A DNA stretch of 63,907 nucleotides, filler included, from Folioceros fuciformis (GCA_049999805.1; 9 parts of 9 records of this genome joined end to end with filler, not necessarily neighbours in it), one strand, 5' to 3'. Positions 37,830 to 52,469 are shown, counted from the first letter of the whole stretch. Numbers and translations: made by a program. Notes: generated by a model from the sequence alone, not told the origin.

Positions 37830-37935
37830 ATGCAAGGCCAAGACGAGTACGCCTTCTCCCCATCCTCAAAGCAAAGCAAGGCGAAGACGAGTACGGCCTC
37901 TCCCCGTCCTGAAACGCAAGGCGAAGACGAGTTGG
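37830..37935. repeat. ~42-bp tandem repeat, ~2.5 copies
   Basis: GCAAGGC(C/G)AAGACGAGT occurs three times. Confidence 0.65.
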
Positions 37936-38052
37936 TTGTGTTTTGTGTGAGANNNNNNNNNNNNNNNNNNNNNNNNNNNNNNNNNNNNNNNNNNNNTTAA
38001 TTAATTAANNNNNNNNNNNNNNNNNNNNNNNNNNNNNNNNNNNNNNNNNNNN

Positions 38053-39700
38053 CCCTATCTCCCCTTCCAACCTCGTTTACTCCTCTGTGGTTCAACTTCT
38101 CCCCTACATAGATGGCTCCTTAGCAAGTCCTCGAGGCCGGCAACCCTTGGAGGATCAATGAGGATGAAATCCAAACTTGGGCGTACCACAACTTTACACC
38201 TTGGATGACGGCGCTGGCAACCTAATGGAGCCATGGGAATTGGGCATGTTTCAGTTCCCATGGAACATCCAATCCACAGCAGCAATTCAAGAATTTGCCT
38301 TTAACTTCGTGGCGATGCACAAAGAGGAGGCAGGAATCCACCAAGGTCCAACACAATCCACTCCTCTAGACCATACATATGATCTACAAAGTTTACAGAA
38401 GGTTGGCTTCGAAGCAAGGAGGACTATACCTCAACTCACATAGGTGCAAGGCTCTCGTTAAGGAGGCCATGAAGGCCCTATTAATGGATGGGTCCTTCAA
38501 GACCACCAATGGGTGGCTCATCCACAATATTAAGGACCTGCAAATCCGAGGAGGAGCCTAGCTAATTGTCAATTGACTGCTGGTTACCAAAATGGACCAT
38601 GTGATTGATGAAGTATTAATGCTCCTATGTGGGCTAACGTAGGGATCCCCAGTAGATTGGGAAAAGGTAGTGCCACATTGGATCCAATATGATGTCAGAA
38701 GGTTGAGGTAGGAGAAATTACCCAATTTAGGCCTTTCCCCTGTCCTTTTTCATATTTGGGGCCACAACAAGGCCCTAATAGATTTGGAAAAGCTAATAGT
38801 TGTCCGTCTTACGCCTCTCACTCCAGCTCCTCCCTACTCCTATTCGGGCCCCAAGACCAACTCTGGCTCCTAAGAAGAAGGCTGTAGCCCCTTTCACATA
38901 ACCGGTAGCCTTGCCCACGAAACCAGCTCTGCTCCCATTCTTTGACAGACCAGAGGAAAGGTGACCAATAGGGCCCCTCGATAGGAGTCCACTCCGATGG
39001 CCTAGGCATCTATTATGAGCTTTCTTGCCAGCCCTCCACCAACCAAGAAACACAAGGCAGCAACTGCACCGGTCAAGGTCATCCTCGCTCCCAAACAACA
39101 AAGCACTAAGCTCACCCCCCCAATACCCAACAGGATCTTGATTCAGAGTGCCCCTCCGCCTCCCAATTAGGAGCCTGATGATTTACTAGTAGCCAAACCT
39201 TGGTCTCAGGCAGTCCCCATGAGTAGGGAGTAGGCAGAGCGGGCAAAACCAGTTTGGTTAGCTGCACAACTAGACTATAATGAGAAGCATGGAATCAAAC
39301 CATCGGGGTGAAGCGACCACCTTCACCATATAGAAGGAAGAAAGGGAGGGGACCTCAATCCCTCATTCCACCCCCCAACCAAAGTTGTGCCAGCCCCTGC
39401 CCCGTGACCAACAAACAAAGCCCTGACAGGAGGAAGAATCTACCCCAATCAGTAGTCCTGGAGGACCTAATCGACGAAGGAATCATGGAACCAGAGGCCA
39501 TGACACGGGACATTTGGACTTCCTTTGGGAGGGTGAAGTTGCCTCCCAATGACAAGTTCTACACCAAGGTTACCTTAGAGGGAGCTATGCATGTAGCCCA
39601 GGGGATTGTTACCTCGGTGGCCAAAGGGCTAGCTTGGTGCAAGGACAATTTTAGACGATTGGATATAATAGGGTAAACGGAACAGAGGAGATAGGAAGTT
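38053..39700 (+). mobile_element. Decayed ORF, probably a retrotransposon accessory gene
   Basis: Frameshifted and stop-ridden plus-strand ORF pieces (WELGMFQFPW...IQEFAFNF, GWLIHNIKD, Pro-rich middle). No recognised catalytic motif. Confidence 0.3.
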
Positions 39701-42431
39701 CAAACCGGGTACCAAAGTAGCAATAAGAAGACAGGTATTGAGAGGCACGACGTGGTCCAAGTGGAACAATGACAACAGTTGGGGTGGAATGGATGCCCGC
39801 GAGAAGGGGAGTGGAGGTAAGGCGGGAGGGTGGAATTCGGGCAAAGGTCCAGCAGCCCGTGCAAGGGATGTTAGACCTTACCAAGCCTTGGGGTCGTTGA
39901 GGGCCACCGGTGCAATTGGGAAAGTGCGTGAGGGAGGAGACGGGTGAAGAGTAGGGAGGGAAAGGGGTTATGATGTGAATGGAGAGGTTCAGGGGGCAGG
40001 GTCGGCACCCACAGTAGGATGTTTGTTGTCGGAGTCATTGCAGCTAAGTCTAAGGAATATGGTGGGTGCTTTCCACAAGCGTCGTGGATCGTGATTGATT
40101 CTGAGCTGAATCGGACAATTGACAATCGCTATGAACTTTGGAAGGCCAGGGCGGCTTGCTGCTGCTACTGCTGGCACAATCATGGCATGTGGGTGATATT
40201 GCCTTGCTGTAGTTGTGTGGCCACCTCCACCAGCTCACTCGCCCTTAGATCTTGCATGCCGTGCTCTAGACACCAATAAGTTGCCTTGGTGGCCCATCTC
40301 GTAGCAAGCCCCCTTCTTCATGAAACCACTCCAACTCCAGCCAAGTTGCAGCCCACAGAGCCGTAAGGATGTGTGGCTGCCTTGCTGCAAGCAAGGTTTT
40401 CTCAAATCAATTGAAGGGAGTTGTCGAAGTAAGACTTCAGGCTGCTCACACGTGCCTTTCTTCACTTGTGGCTGCAAAACTGAAGCATCGCTCAGGGAGC
40501 AACATGATGAAGGAGGAGAGGAGAAAGCAAGGTCTCAATTGCAAGGGAGCTCAAGAGCGTATTTATACCCTCTAGAAGAGCTCCCAAGGAAGCTTCACAA
40601 GAAGCTCACAGGAAGCTGAGCAAGAAGCTTCCTAAAGATTAGCTTAAGCTAATCTAAACAAATGACAATTAATTAGACACTAATCTTAGACTAAACACAT
40701 TCGTCTAAGCACATTGGCTTTAATAACCCTACAACCTCCCACTTAAAGGCCAATTTACCTTCATAGGAGAGTGGTCTACCTCATGCCCATGAGTGTCTGA
40801 GCTCGTGCGAATTGCTCCGTAGAGAGCCCCTTGGTAAGAATATTAGCAGGGTTGTGATTGGTGTGAAATTGAACAAGCTGCACCTCTTGTCTTCCAACAC
40901 CTCTCGAATGAAGTGATACTTCACTTCCACATGTTTGGTCTTCGCATGAAACATTGGATTCTTTGCCAATTGGATAGCAATCTGGCTATCACAATGCCAC
41001 ACTGGCAGCTCAACCTTGATCCCCAAGTCTCCCACTAAACGAGCAAGCCACATGGCTTCCTTGCAAGCCTCAATCGCTACAACATACTCGGCCTCTGTGG
41101 TAGATAGTGTTATGCACAATTGCAAACAAGATCGCTATGAGACTGCCCCTCCAGTGCACATGAAGACATAACCTGATGTGGACCTCCTTTTGTCCATATC
41201 CTTAGCATAATCAACATCTGTATATCCCACGACAGATACGTCTTCACTACCAAAACATATGCACAAAGCTTTTGTACCATTTAAATACCTCATAACTCCA
41301 TTTACTGCCTCCCAATGCTTCTTACCAGGGTTTGACATAAATCTGCTAACCACTCCCACTGCAAAAGCAATGTCAGGACGTGTAGCGATCATTGCATACA
41401 TCAAACTCCCTACAGCTGATGAGTATGGAACCTTCTCCATTTCAGCTTTGTCCTTCGTAAAGCTTAGGCAATCCTTGCTCGAAATTTTCATATTTGGAGG
41501 CAACTGGGTACTCAATACCTTCCCCTTCTCCATATTGAAACGTTGAAGCACCTTGTTAATGTATTTAGTCTGAGACAAGTAAAGCAAATGCTTATGTCTG
41601 TCTCAACAAATACGCATGCCAAAAATATGGCTGGCCTCTCCCAAGTCTATCGTGTCAAAGCGAGCATTCAACTTTGACTTCAACACTGAAATCTCATCAC
41701 TGCTATTCCCAGCAATTAGCATATCATCCACATAGAGGACCAAAATGATCAAGCTTCCATCCTTAGCTTGCTTCGTATAGAGGCAATTATCCTCATCGCT
41801 ACATTTGTAGCCTTCAGAAAGCATAAATGAGTGGAACTTGTAATACCACTTCCTGGGTGCCTGCTTCAAACCATAAAGACTCTTCTTTAACCTGCACACC
41901 AGATTCTCTTTGCCCTTTTCAATGAAACCCTCTGGTTGCTGCATGTATACCTCTTCCTGGAGATCACTATGTAGAAATGCAAACTTCAAGTCCATCTGGA
42001 CAAGTTCCATGTCGTGCCTCGCAACCAGACCAAGAACACATCGAAAGGTTGTCATTTTGACAACTGGAGAGAAAATCTCATCAAAGTCAATACCTTGCTG
42101 TTGCTTAAAACCCTTAGCAACCAATCATGCCTTGTACTTGGGTTTGCCATAATGGGATATGTCCATCTTATACACCCATTTGCATGGCAACGCCTTCTTG
42201 CCCCTAAGCAACCGAACCAACTCCCAAGTTTGGTTCTTATGGAGCGAATCCATCTACGACTGCATTGCCTTCTCCCACTTGTCCTTGTCAGTCACTGACA
42301 TGGCTTCTTGATAACAAGAGGGCTCCCCACAATCCGTCAGCATGACATAATCAAGAGATGCAACATACTTATCAGGAGGATGTGAGATCCTTCCTGACCT
42401 ACGAAGCACTGGCGCCTCGAACGGAGCTGGT

Positions 42432-45400
42432 AGTCAGAATATAAGGCAGACCACGTGGTTCTGTATCACGTTGGTTAGTCTAACTAGAACTAGTTATAAG
42501 TGCAGTTAGTTAACTGGCAGGCTAGTTATAGGACGCACCCCTTCGTAAACCGCTATTTAAGGCCTACCTTTGTATCCACCTATTCAGTTGCTAATAGATC
42601 ATCTTCGATGCATCTGCTTCCGCGTTAGCAATTTTAACTTGGTATCAGAGCTACGGCTCACATGGTTACTGATCATGGCTAGAAAGATGTTGTTGAGTTT
42701 GTGCAAGATCTCTGGGGAGATCTCTGGATCTCTTAGGATGTTTAATAGAAAGTTGCTTCTAATTAAATCTGCAGATCAACAGGTTTAGATTAGAGTAGCA
42801 ATCTCTAGACATTCTACTTTCAGAATAGAACGTTCTGATATAAAAATCCACGAGAATGATACCATTGATCGATCCCCCACCTCAATACTGATCCTACCCC
42901 TAGGCGGNNNNNNNNNNNNNNNNNNNNNNNNNNNNNNNNNNNNNNNNNNNNNNNNNNNNNNNNNNNNNNNNNNNNNNNNNNNNNNNNNNNNNNNNNNNNN
43001 NNNNNNNCTTTCAGAATAGAACGTTCTGATATAAAAATCCACGAAAATGATACCATTGATCGATTCCCCACCTCAGTACTAATCCTACCCCTGGGCACTT
43101 AACTTCAGAGTTTTGATGTGGAGCGGGTTACTTACCCGACTCATACCTCAGCACATTATACATCTGGTTTGGTATAAAGATATGAAGAGGCAAACGCCAT
43201 AAAAATGACTTTAATTTTCGCAGAGAGGCTCGCGGCCTCTCCCTCTTTGCGCTTCGTTCACATGCGCGACGCGAGACAATTGTCGCGGGGGCAATTCTTC
43301 TCAATCTCTCCAATCAGATCACCATGGCAAGAACTCGCAAGAGATCTCAACGTCCAGGCTCACGGTCTCAGAGGCAAACTAGGCCTCAACCTAATAGAAT
43401 TGCAATTGGATCAGGCATCCGGACGATGTCCAATCTTCGGAATTCTGAATCCTCCCAGGGAATTGCAAGCCCGGTCTTCTTCTTATCAGATCGCAATTTG
43501 GCTCTCTGCCCATGGCTGGCTAAATGGAATCCAGGTGTCTGTACCTCTCTCAAATTCACTTGAGAGTGCTGCTTCTAGGCCTGAGATTGCCCAAAATTGC
43601 CCTTGCTTCAGTCCAGATTGCACACACAGGAATCCCAGATTGTTTGCTCTTTAGGTAGGAGCTTGCCAGGCGGATCTAGCAGCAGGGGGAGCACGATCCT
43701 TTCCCAACCACAATTCTTTGCAGGAAGTGCAGGTTCAGGGAGAGGCCTCCCACATCGCAGCAGCGCGTGAGGATGCCCTCGCAGTGCGCGGAACGGCGCG
43801 GGGGTCCGAACCGGTGCCCGTGACTGGGTGTGCACCGGTTCATAACCGAACCGGCAAACTTAACACCGGTTTGGGCCCGGACCTGACCTATCCCTCCCCG
43901 GATGTAACTAATCCTTACTTTTCTAAGAATTCTGGTTTTCAGGACTTTGCTGGTGGCCTTTCTACACTTAATTCAGCCTCTAATTTCACATCTTCGTGTT
44001 TTTGGCTGCCCTGCCTATGCTCTTGTCCCTTCGCAGCACCGCGCCAAGCTTGATGCTCGTGCTCGGAAGCTGGTCTTTGTGGGCTATGGTGATGATCGCA
44101 AAGCCTACAAGCTCGTGGACATCAATCTTGACATTGATGACTCTAATCTATGCGCGCACTGTCACCTTTGATGAAGCCAAGATAGTTCCTGCTCTCAGGA
44201 CGTCCTTGGAGCTTCCTCTTGATGTCTCTGATGGTGCTTCCTCTGGCTCGAGCACCTCCGCTCCCCTGGTGACATCTCTCTTGAACACATTGTTCAGCCC
44301 TTTACTTTTCCGGCTGTTGGTGTTCCTCCTCCTCCTCCTGTGGCTCCTATCCCTCAAGCAGGTCCGGTGCCGCCAGTTGCTGGTCTTGCTCCTCACATGC
44401 AGCCCGCTCCTGCGCCCCTTGTTCCTGCTCGAGAGGGGGACATGGAGATAGACCACGAGGCAGTAGCGGAGGACCCTCCTATGGAACAAGGTGGTGTTGA
44501 ACATGTTGGTTTTGATCAAGTGGTTCCCCATGATATTCCTCCATCCCCTCCTAGGCCATTGGCTGCTCCCGAGCGTAGATATCCCACTCGTGTGCGTCAG
44601 CCTAGGCATCTCTGGAAGGACCTACCATTTGACATTGAGTTTAATCAAGCTCACTTAACCCATGGTGATTCTATGGATGCTCTCTATGCCTTAAGTGTTG
44701 TTGTTGCAGAGGGAGATCCTTTAACCTTACAGGAGGCTTACTCCAGACCTAAGGCAGCTAAATGGAAGCTGGCCGTCGATGATGAGTATAACTCATTAAT
44801 CAAAAACAACACCTGGTCTCTTGTCAGCCTGCCCAAGGGTAGAACTACCGTCAAATGCAAATGGGTTCTTAAGACTAAGTTCCAGGAAGTTGAGCCTAGA
44901 ATCCGCTACAAAGCGAGATTAGTGGCTAAGGGGTATAGTCAGAAAGAGGGAGTTGATTATCAAGGCGATAAGGTCTACTCACCCGTAGTTAAAGCTGCGT
45001 CCGTAAGGATGCTCCTTGCTTTATGTGCTGAACTAAACTTAGCAATTTATCAGCTAGATGTGTGCACGGCCTTTCTCTATGGTCATTTATAGGAAGAGAT
45101 CTACATGGATCAGCCTGAGGACTACGTAGACAAAGCGCGCCCACACAAGGTGTGTAAACTCAATCGATCCATTTATGGACTCAAGCAGAGCCCACGTTTG
45201 TGGTATGAGAGGATGGACTCTTATCTCAAGAAAATAGGGTTTGTCCAAAGTGAAGCTGACACTAACATCTATGTTCTACGCAAGGATAGCTCTCTTGTGC
45301 TAGTCGCTCTCTATGTGGATGACTTGGTCATTCCAGGGAACAACGTAGACCTAGTCAACAAGATCAAGGCTGACCTTAGCAGGGAATTCGAGATGAAGGA

Positions 45401-46783
45401 CCTGGGAAAGGTTAAGTATATCCTTGGCATGCATGTACACAGAGATAGTACATGTGCTATTTACCTTCACCAGGGTAGATACGTAGCTGGTATGCTCAAA
45501 CGCTTCAACATGGAGAATGCAAGGGCGTCAACCACACCAGGTGCCTTTGGCGTCAAGCTCTCTTCTGCCTCATGTCCATAATCTAAAGAAGACAAGAAAG
45601 AAATGGAGAATATCCCTTACCGTATGGCCGTAGGTACCCTTATGTTCTTGAGTAATCAAACAAGGCCCGATATCTCCAACACTGTAAATGCAGTTGCTCA
45701 GTTCTCTGAGAACCCAAGGAAGGTTCATTGAATAGCCCTCAAGCGTATCATGAGGTACGTCAAGGGTACACCCAATTATGGTCTTTGCTATAAACCCAGC
45801 GGGAAGAAGCATCTGCAACTCACCTGCTACGTAGATGCAGATTGGGCTCCTGACACTGATACCCGCAAAAGTATATCAGCCTTTTGCTTTCTCGCCAGCT
45901 CCTCCGTAGTTAACTGGTCTTGTAGAAAACAAGCAGCCATCTCTTTATCTTCCATAGAGTCAGAGTACAAGGCACTCACCAAAGCTACAAAGGAGGCTGA
46001 ATGGGAAAGGAAGCTATGCGAAGACTTGGGTATGAAGCAGGAAGGGCCAACTATTTTGCATTGTGATAACATGTTAGCAATTGCTTTGGTTGCCAACCCC
46101 GTCTTCCACGCACGCACCAAGCATATAGAGATACAACATCATTATATCAGGGATGCTGCTGAAAGAGGTATCGTCAAGGTTCAATAAAAACCTACCGACG
46201 ACAACATAGCAGATGTGCTGACCAAGTCCTTGCCCAAGTTTAAACACTGTTACCACAGGGAAGGGCTTGGATTGGTAGATTGTAGTAGTTACGTGACACT
46301 AGATAAGTAACTCATTTGGTAGGACCTTTCACTACACCTATGTTCCGTCACTTGGGTTGGTGTTTCAAAGCAGACGACATGCTTCTCTTCTGGTCTCTGG
46401 AGTGGTGTTCTACTTTGAGAGGTCCTGTAGGCTACAGGCTCTGCAAGAGTGAGGACGACCGACTCTTGGTGATAGCCGATTTGAAGATGTTTGAAGCTTG
46501 GCGTCAACGGCGGTGATCTCCGTTTGTATTTAGGAGCTCTCAGTTCACAGCAACCAGCACGTGTCTGAGAGGGAGAGTTAGAATATAAGGCAGACCACGT
46601 GGTTCTGTATCACATAGGTTAGTCTAACTAGACCTAGTTAGAAGTGCAGTTAGGTAACTGGCAGGCTAGTTATAGGATGCACCCCTTCGTAAACCGCTAT
46701 TTAAGGCCTACCTTTGTATCCACCTATTCAGTTGCTAATAGATCATCTTCGATGCATCTGCTTCCGCGTTAGCAATTCTAACT
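42432..46783 (+). mobile_element. Nested Ty1/copia element with non-canonical AGT...ACT LTRs (42432-42639 and 46576-46783), TSD CTGGT
   Basis: Two 208-bp LTRs with 8 mismatches by manual comparison. PBS TGGTATCAGAGC at 42640. PPT GAGAGGGAG ends at 46575. TSD CTGGT at 42427-42431 and 46784-46788. Integrase C-terminus [21 protein letters not shown]...LYVDDL and RNase H are in copia order. No gag, protease or integrase core is visible. Confidence 0.95.
42815..43100. repeat. ~90-bp tandem repeat in the leader of the nested copia element, spanning a gap
   Basis: CTTTCAGAATAGAACGTTCTGATATAAAAATCCACG...CCTACCCCT occurs on both sides of the 100-N gap with several substitutions. Confidence 0.65.
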
Positions 46784-49238
46784 CTGGTTGCACTCTCTCT
46801 TCTACAAGTGGAGGAACTTGTTCCTGCACATCACAACATTCAACCTGCGTGGGACGGTTAAGTCCATCTTCTTGGAAAACCACCCGTCGCACCTCCACAG
46901 TTGGAGTAGGCTTCTTGTGCATCTTGGTCTCATTGAAGAACATGTCATTGCTGCGAACCATCATCTTGGCCTCCAGATCCCACAGACGGTATCCCATCTC
47001 ACCAGAGTCACCATAGCCAAGAAAATTACATTTTCTAGACTTGGGTGCTAACTTGTCCCGAAACTCCTTTGGAACATGGTCGTATGCCTTGCAGCCAAAC
47101 AGTCGTAGATGCTTGTAAGATGGCTTCTTTCCATAGCACAGTTCCTATGGAACCTTCTCATCCAAAGCCTTGTTAGGAGATCTATTAATAAGATCCACCG
47201 CTGTAGACACTGCTTCTATCCAAATCCATTCGGCAATCCAGAGTTTGACAACAAACTACGCATCCTCTCCTGGATGGTCATGTTCATCCGTTCAGCCACA
47301 CCATTCTGGGGAGGAGTATACGGGGCAATCATTTCTCTCTTGATTTCTCTCCATGTGGTGATTTCGTCTATTTCCCATACAAATAGTGCTCACACATGGA
47401 GAAATCGAAGAAGTCAAAAGCAGGGACGTAACCAAAACGAAATAAGATCTTCATTCCTTTTTGAGACACATGTCCTGACCAACAATGCCACAAGGAAACA
47501 TTTGGCTATTCCGTTCCATAAATCACATGATCCTTGACAGTGGTTACCTGAAGTGAGTACAAAGTGCCACACTTCGATCCATGAGCTAACACAAGAGAAC
47601 CTTTGGAGATCTTCTAAAAATGATCCCCAAACCAACAATGGTAGCCAACGTCATCTAATTGCCCTATGCTAATTATGCTTTTTGTCAGCTTCGGAACATG
47701 CCTAACATCCTTCAGTATGAATGAAGATCCGTTGTCAAACTTCAGCTGCACATCACCAACGCTTGCAATCTCGCATGCGTAGTTATTTCCAAGCCGAACA
47801 CATCCTTTCCTAGTAGCATCATAGTTGCTAAACCACTCCCTATGCGGAGTAATATGGAAAGATGAGCCATAGTCAATTATCCAATTAGAGAATAAGTGAT
47901 TATCCACGATTGTCAACTGTGTAGAATCTAAGAAAGAAGAGATAAGAACATCTCCATCATCAACAGAATTCACCTCGTCAAACTTGATACTTGGACTTGC
48001 CTTGTTATCGTTTTGCTTCTTCTCCTTTCCTTTGTCCTTCGTGAACTTCTTCCCCTTTGAAGTGGACCTTCCTCTCACCATGAGGGCATTGGAACCTTTT
48101 GAAGGTTCCATATTCTTCCTGTCCACCTCTTCTGTTAACAGGCTTCCTTCTACATTTACAATGGTGAAACCACTAGCAGGAGCAAAATTACTTAGAGTTG
48201 TACGAAAGGTGTCCCAACTCTCTAGTAATGTGACTGATGAAAACGTAGGTCTCACTGAATCTGGAAATGAGATACCTTGAGATGAGTGCTGGCTGAAAAC
48301 GGTATTAAACTCAATCAGATGATTGGACATCCTCGTCCCTTCCTTCATCTTCAAGTCTACTAGCTGTTTCAACCAGTACACCTGAGAAGCCGCACTTTGC
48401 TTCTCATACACGTCACACATTTTTTGCCATAGCTCGTAACTTGTTGTCTTGTCTTTCACATTGAAGTAGACCGACTTCGGCAATGTTAGCATGATGGTAG
48501 ATCTAGCAAGCTCATCTAGATCATGCCACTCAACCTGAGTCATGCTCACAGGTTTCACATCTAGCAACTTTATGAGCTTGATCTGCATTTTCTGCACTAG
48601 AACATTATAGACTTGTTCTTTCCAGAATGGGAAGTTAGTACCATCTAACTTCTTGATATTGAACATAACGTTTTCTGGGGACGCCATCATTCAAAATCGA
48701 TGCAAATCAAACAAAGGCTAGTTAGAAATGGTTTGAATGTAATGTAGATTCTGAAAGTTACCCCCATGCCTTGTTGTGCATCGGCTGACACAAGTTGTAG
48801 ACCTCAAACCATCGCACAAGTCTGTCCACAATCTCGGTGATCTGCACCACCATTCTTGCCACGACCGAATGCTCTACTCTTATTGCCTCGTACGTTTAGA
48901 ACCTGTGGAACATAGAATTTCGGGCTAGTGTTTCAATTTTGGTACAACTTGTACAAATGCGGCTAGTATAGGGAAGGTTGGTTCCTTCCTAGTTGGTTTT
49001 GGTTTTATTTTCTATTTTTATTTTTTTCAGCGGCTATATATGTGAGTGAGGTGTTCACGCATGGTAAGGAGAAGAATCTATCGAGGGATAGGAGTCTTAT
49101 GGATTTGTCAAGGGGGTAGAAGTGGTTTGGTACCAAANNNNNNNNNNNNNNNNNNNNNNNNNNNNNNNNNNNNNNNNNNNNTTAATTAATTAANNNNNNN
49201 NNNNNNNNNNNNNNNNNNNNNNNNNNNNNNNNNNNNNA

Positions 49239-50119
<881 letters not shown>

Positions 50120-50229
50120 TCAAATCCCTCATCAAATCTGTGCATCAACCTTGCTTCCTGACTTTGCAGGCAACCTGGCAAACTTATTTATCAAAGGTCT
50201 TGGTCTCTAAACTGTATATACCTGAAGCC

Positions 50230-51950
50230 TATTACAGAATTGAGCTTGACAATGCCTCGATCTCGCACGGAGCTGAAGAGATCGAAGCCGTCGTTATGTC
50301 TTGTTATCGAGGCACCCACGTTAAGCATGTCCTTTTCCACCAGTCTGCTATAACCAAGTATTTTGAGAATGAAACTGCGTTCCCTGTCCTTTGAAGTGGA
50401 CATACATGAAGCGTAATACAGAATTGAGCCTGACAAATGCCTCACTCTCGCATGGACCTGAAGAGATGGAAGACGTCGTTATGTCTTGTTATCGTGGCAC
50501 CCACGTTAAGCATGTACTTTTCCACAAGTCTGCTACATCCACGTGACGAAATTCTTTTGCCCAAGTCCACGCCCTGAGCGTTGTCCGAGCTGCTGCACTA
50601 TGCAAACATGTTTTCCAGGATGTTGGCTACGAACCCATGAGCTTCAAGCCCGTGGTCTGTAATGAACACATGAAGCTGCTTTCTCCTTTCCAAAGCTTTC
50701 GTGCCAACTTTTGCACATGCGTGCAGGACGGACACAATCTTGCTGCAACTATGCATAGCCCTCAAAGACCAAGGGCTTCCTGCCCCATGCCCTGATGAGC
50801 ATACCTGTTACTACGGCATCCCATGACACCAAGATCAAGATCTTGTGGACCGCGTCATCAAACACACTCCGGGAATCCTATCGATCACCACACTTTGCAT
50901 ACATGTCTACCAAACCGCTGCCTCAAACACATCCTTTCCAAGCCCTTGTTCCCTAATTTGGGCATGACGCTGCTCTCCATCATCCAAAGCAGCGGGGCCA
51001 GACTTCCACACAAATGTGACCACATCGGGTGCAACGATACCTTCCTCCGGCGTACGAGTCCACCAAACAACTTCCAACAAACAAATCATGCTCAGCGCCA
51101 GCAGCCAACACGTCAGCATGTACCTCCTGCCCCGAGTTCAAGTCTGCTCCCCTCGCACGAGGCTGGACAGCTTGACCTGCGCGTCCTGTGATACAGCTCC
51201 ACAGCCTACCTGTCTTGTCCATGGTTAACATGAGCAGAGATCGTAACAGACCACGTTAAGGTATCTGGTTTGACAACCCTTGCGAGCACATTCATAGCTT
51301 CCTGTAACCTGCCATGAGAAGCGCGCATTCGCAGAATGTGATTTCCAAAGAACGTGCCCGGGTCATGCCCTTTCCTCACCCTCAGACCACAAACACGGCG
51401 GCCCAGACAAAGATCGTTCTCAGCCACACACACTTCGGGCACCGAGTGGTATACAGAATACGAGATTGGACAGTCTCCGCCACCAGAACTCCCAGAGCGC
51501 CCATGGCCTCAACGGGCTGCCCCTGCAGGAACAGTTTGCTAACGGTTTCAGCCAACACCCATCTTTCGCATCCTGCTTGTCTGCTATGGCCAACATCACG
51601 CCCCATCCTCCAAGTGGAAGCAGGTGCAGCATACCCATCAAGAGCAGCCGGCTGCGGATCCATCCATCCAACCGACGTGCAGAGATTGTTCACGACCCCA
51701 TGCCTGTCATTCCACCAAACCTAGAGTCCAGGAAAAGTTGGTACCAGACGAGCCCGTCCCCAGCCAACCATCTTGTTGCACAGACTGGCTTGCTCACAAC
51801 CGTGGTGCCGCACACGGCTTCGTTACTTGCCAAACCTGCATTCTTTGATCTCATTTGAGAGGGAGCTCTCCCTGGAATGCTTTCAGCATTCATGTGCCCA
51901 GAAAACTGCTCAGTTCAGCGGGAGCTCTGCGTGGGATGCCAGCGTACTCT
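50230..51950 (-). pseudogene. PLS-class PPR pseudogene, heavily frameshifted; includes a ~185-bp tandem duplication at ~50230-50540
   Basis: TFFGNHILRMRASHGRLQEAMNVL, PDTLTWSVTISAHVNHG, DLFVGSCLVDSYA, APDVVTFV, QIREQGLGKDVF and VSWDAVVTG in shifting frames. Confidence 0.8.
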
Positions 51951-52469
51951 CAGCATTGGTGTGGCCAGAAACCTGTCTCCACAACTCGGAATGTGCTTCA
52001 CCGATCAACCGTGCCGTCACTATCTCCATGCTGACCAGATGTTTGAGCTTTGGCAACATGCCGACACTCACAAGAAGGCTGCTCACAAGAAGGCAATCTG
52101 GAGATTAGTGAAGGATGAACTGGAGATTTTATTAGGGGGAAAAAAGAGAAAAAAAAATCCCATCTATCCACGAACCACAATGCATTCCTCCTTAGGCATC
52201 CCATCCAGGCCCCTTGCGCTGCAAAGGAGCTTAGTTATGTGAGGCCATTTGGCCCTCGGACTTCTCTCACCCCGTGTGTGTTTCATGTATCATAATTATA
52301 AATTATAAAATTGGGAGAAAAAACATCCTTCACTTCCAACAAGAAGTCATACATAAGAGACACCTTAAGGTAAACAGCCATAATCCGCATGCTAAATAAG
52401 CAGACCGGGATTAAGTTTACAGATTATGAGTTAGTAGTAATAGAACTTGGCTTGGGTTCTAAGAAGATA

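Larger units (their letters stand above)
40481..48900 (-). mobile_element. Ty1/copia family A, copy 2 (gag ATG ~48690; 3' LTR 40481-40733), interrupted by the nested element at 42432-46783
   Basis: Gag KLDGTNFPFWK, protease WIIDYGSSFH, integrase C-terminus, RT VAKGFKQQQGIDF...LYGLKQAPR...LYVDDML, RNase H. PPT at 40734-40746 abuts the TG...CA LTR. The 5' LTR is not present. Confidence 0.93.
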
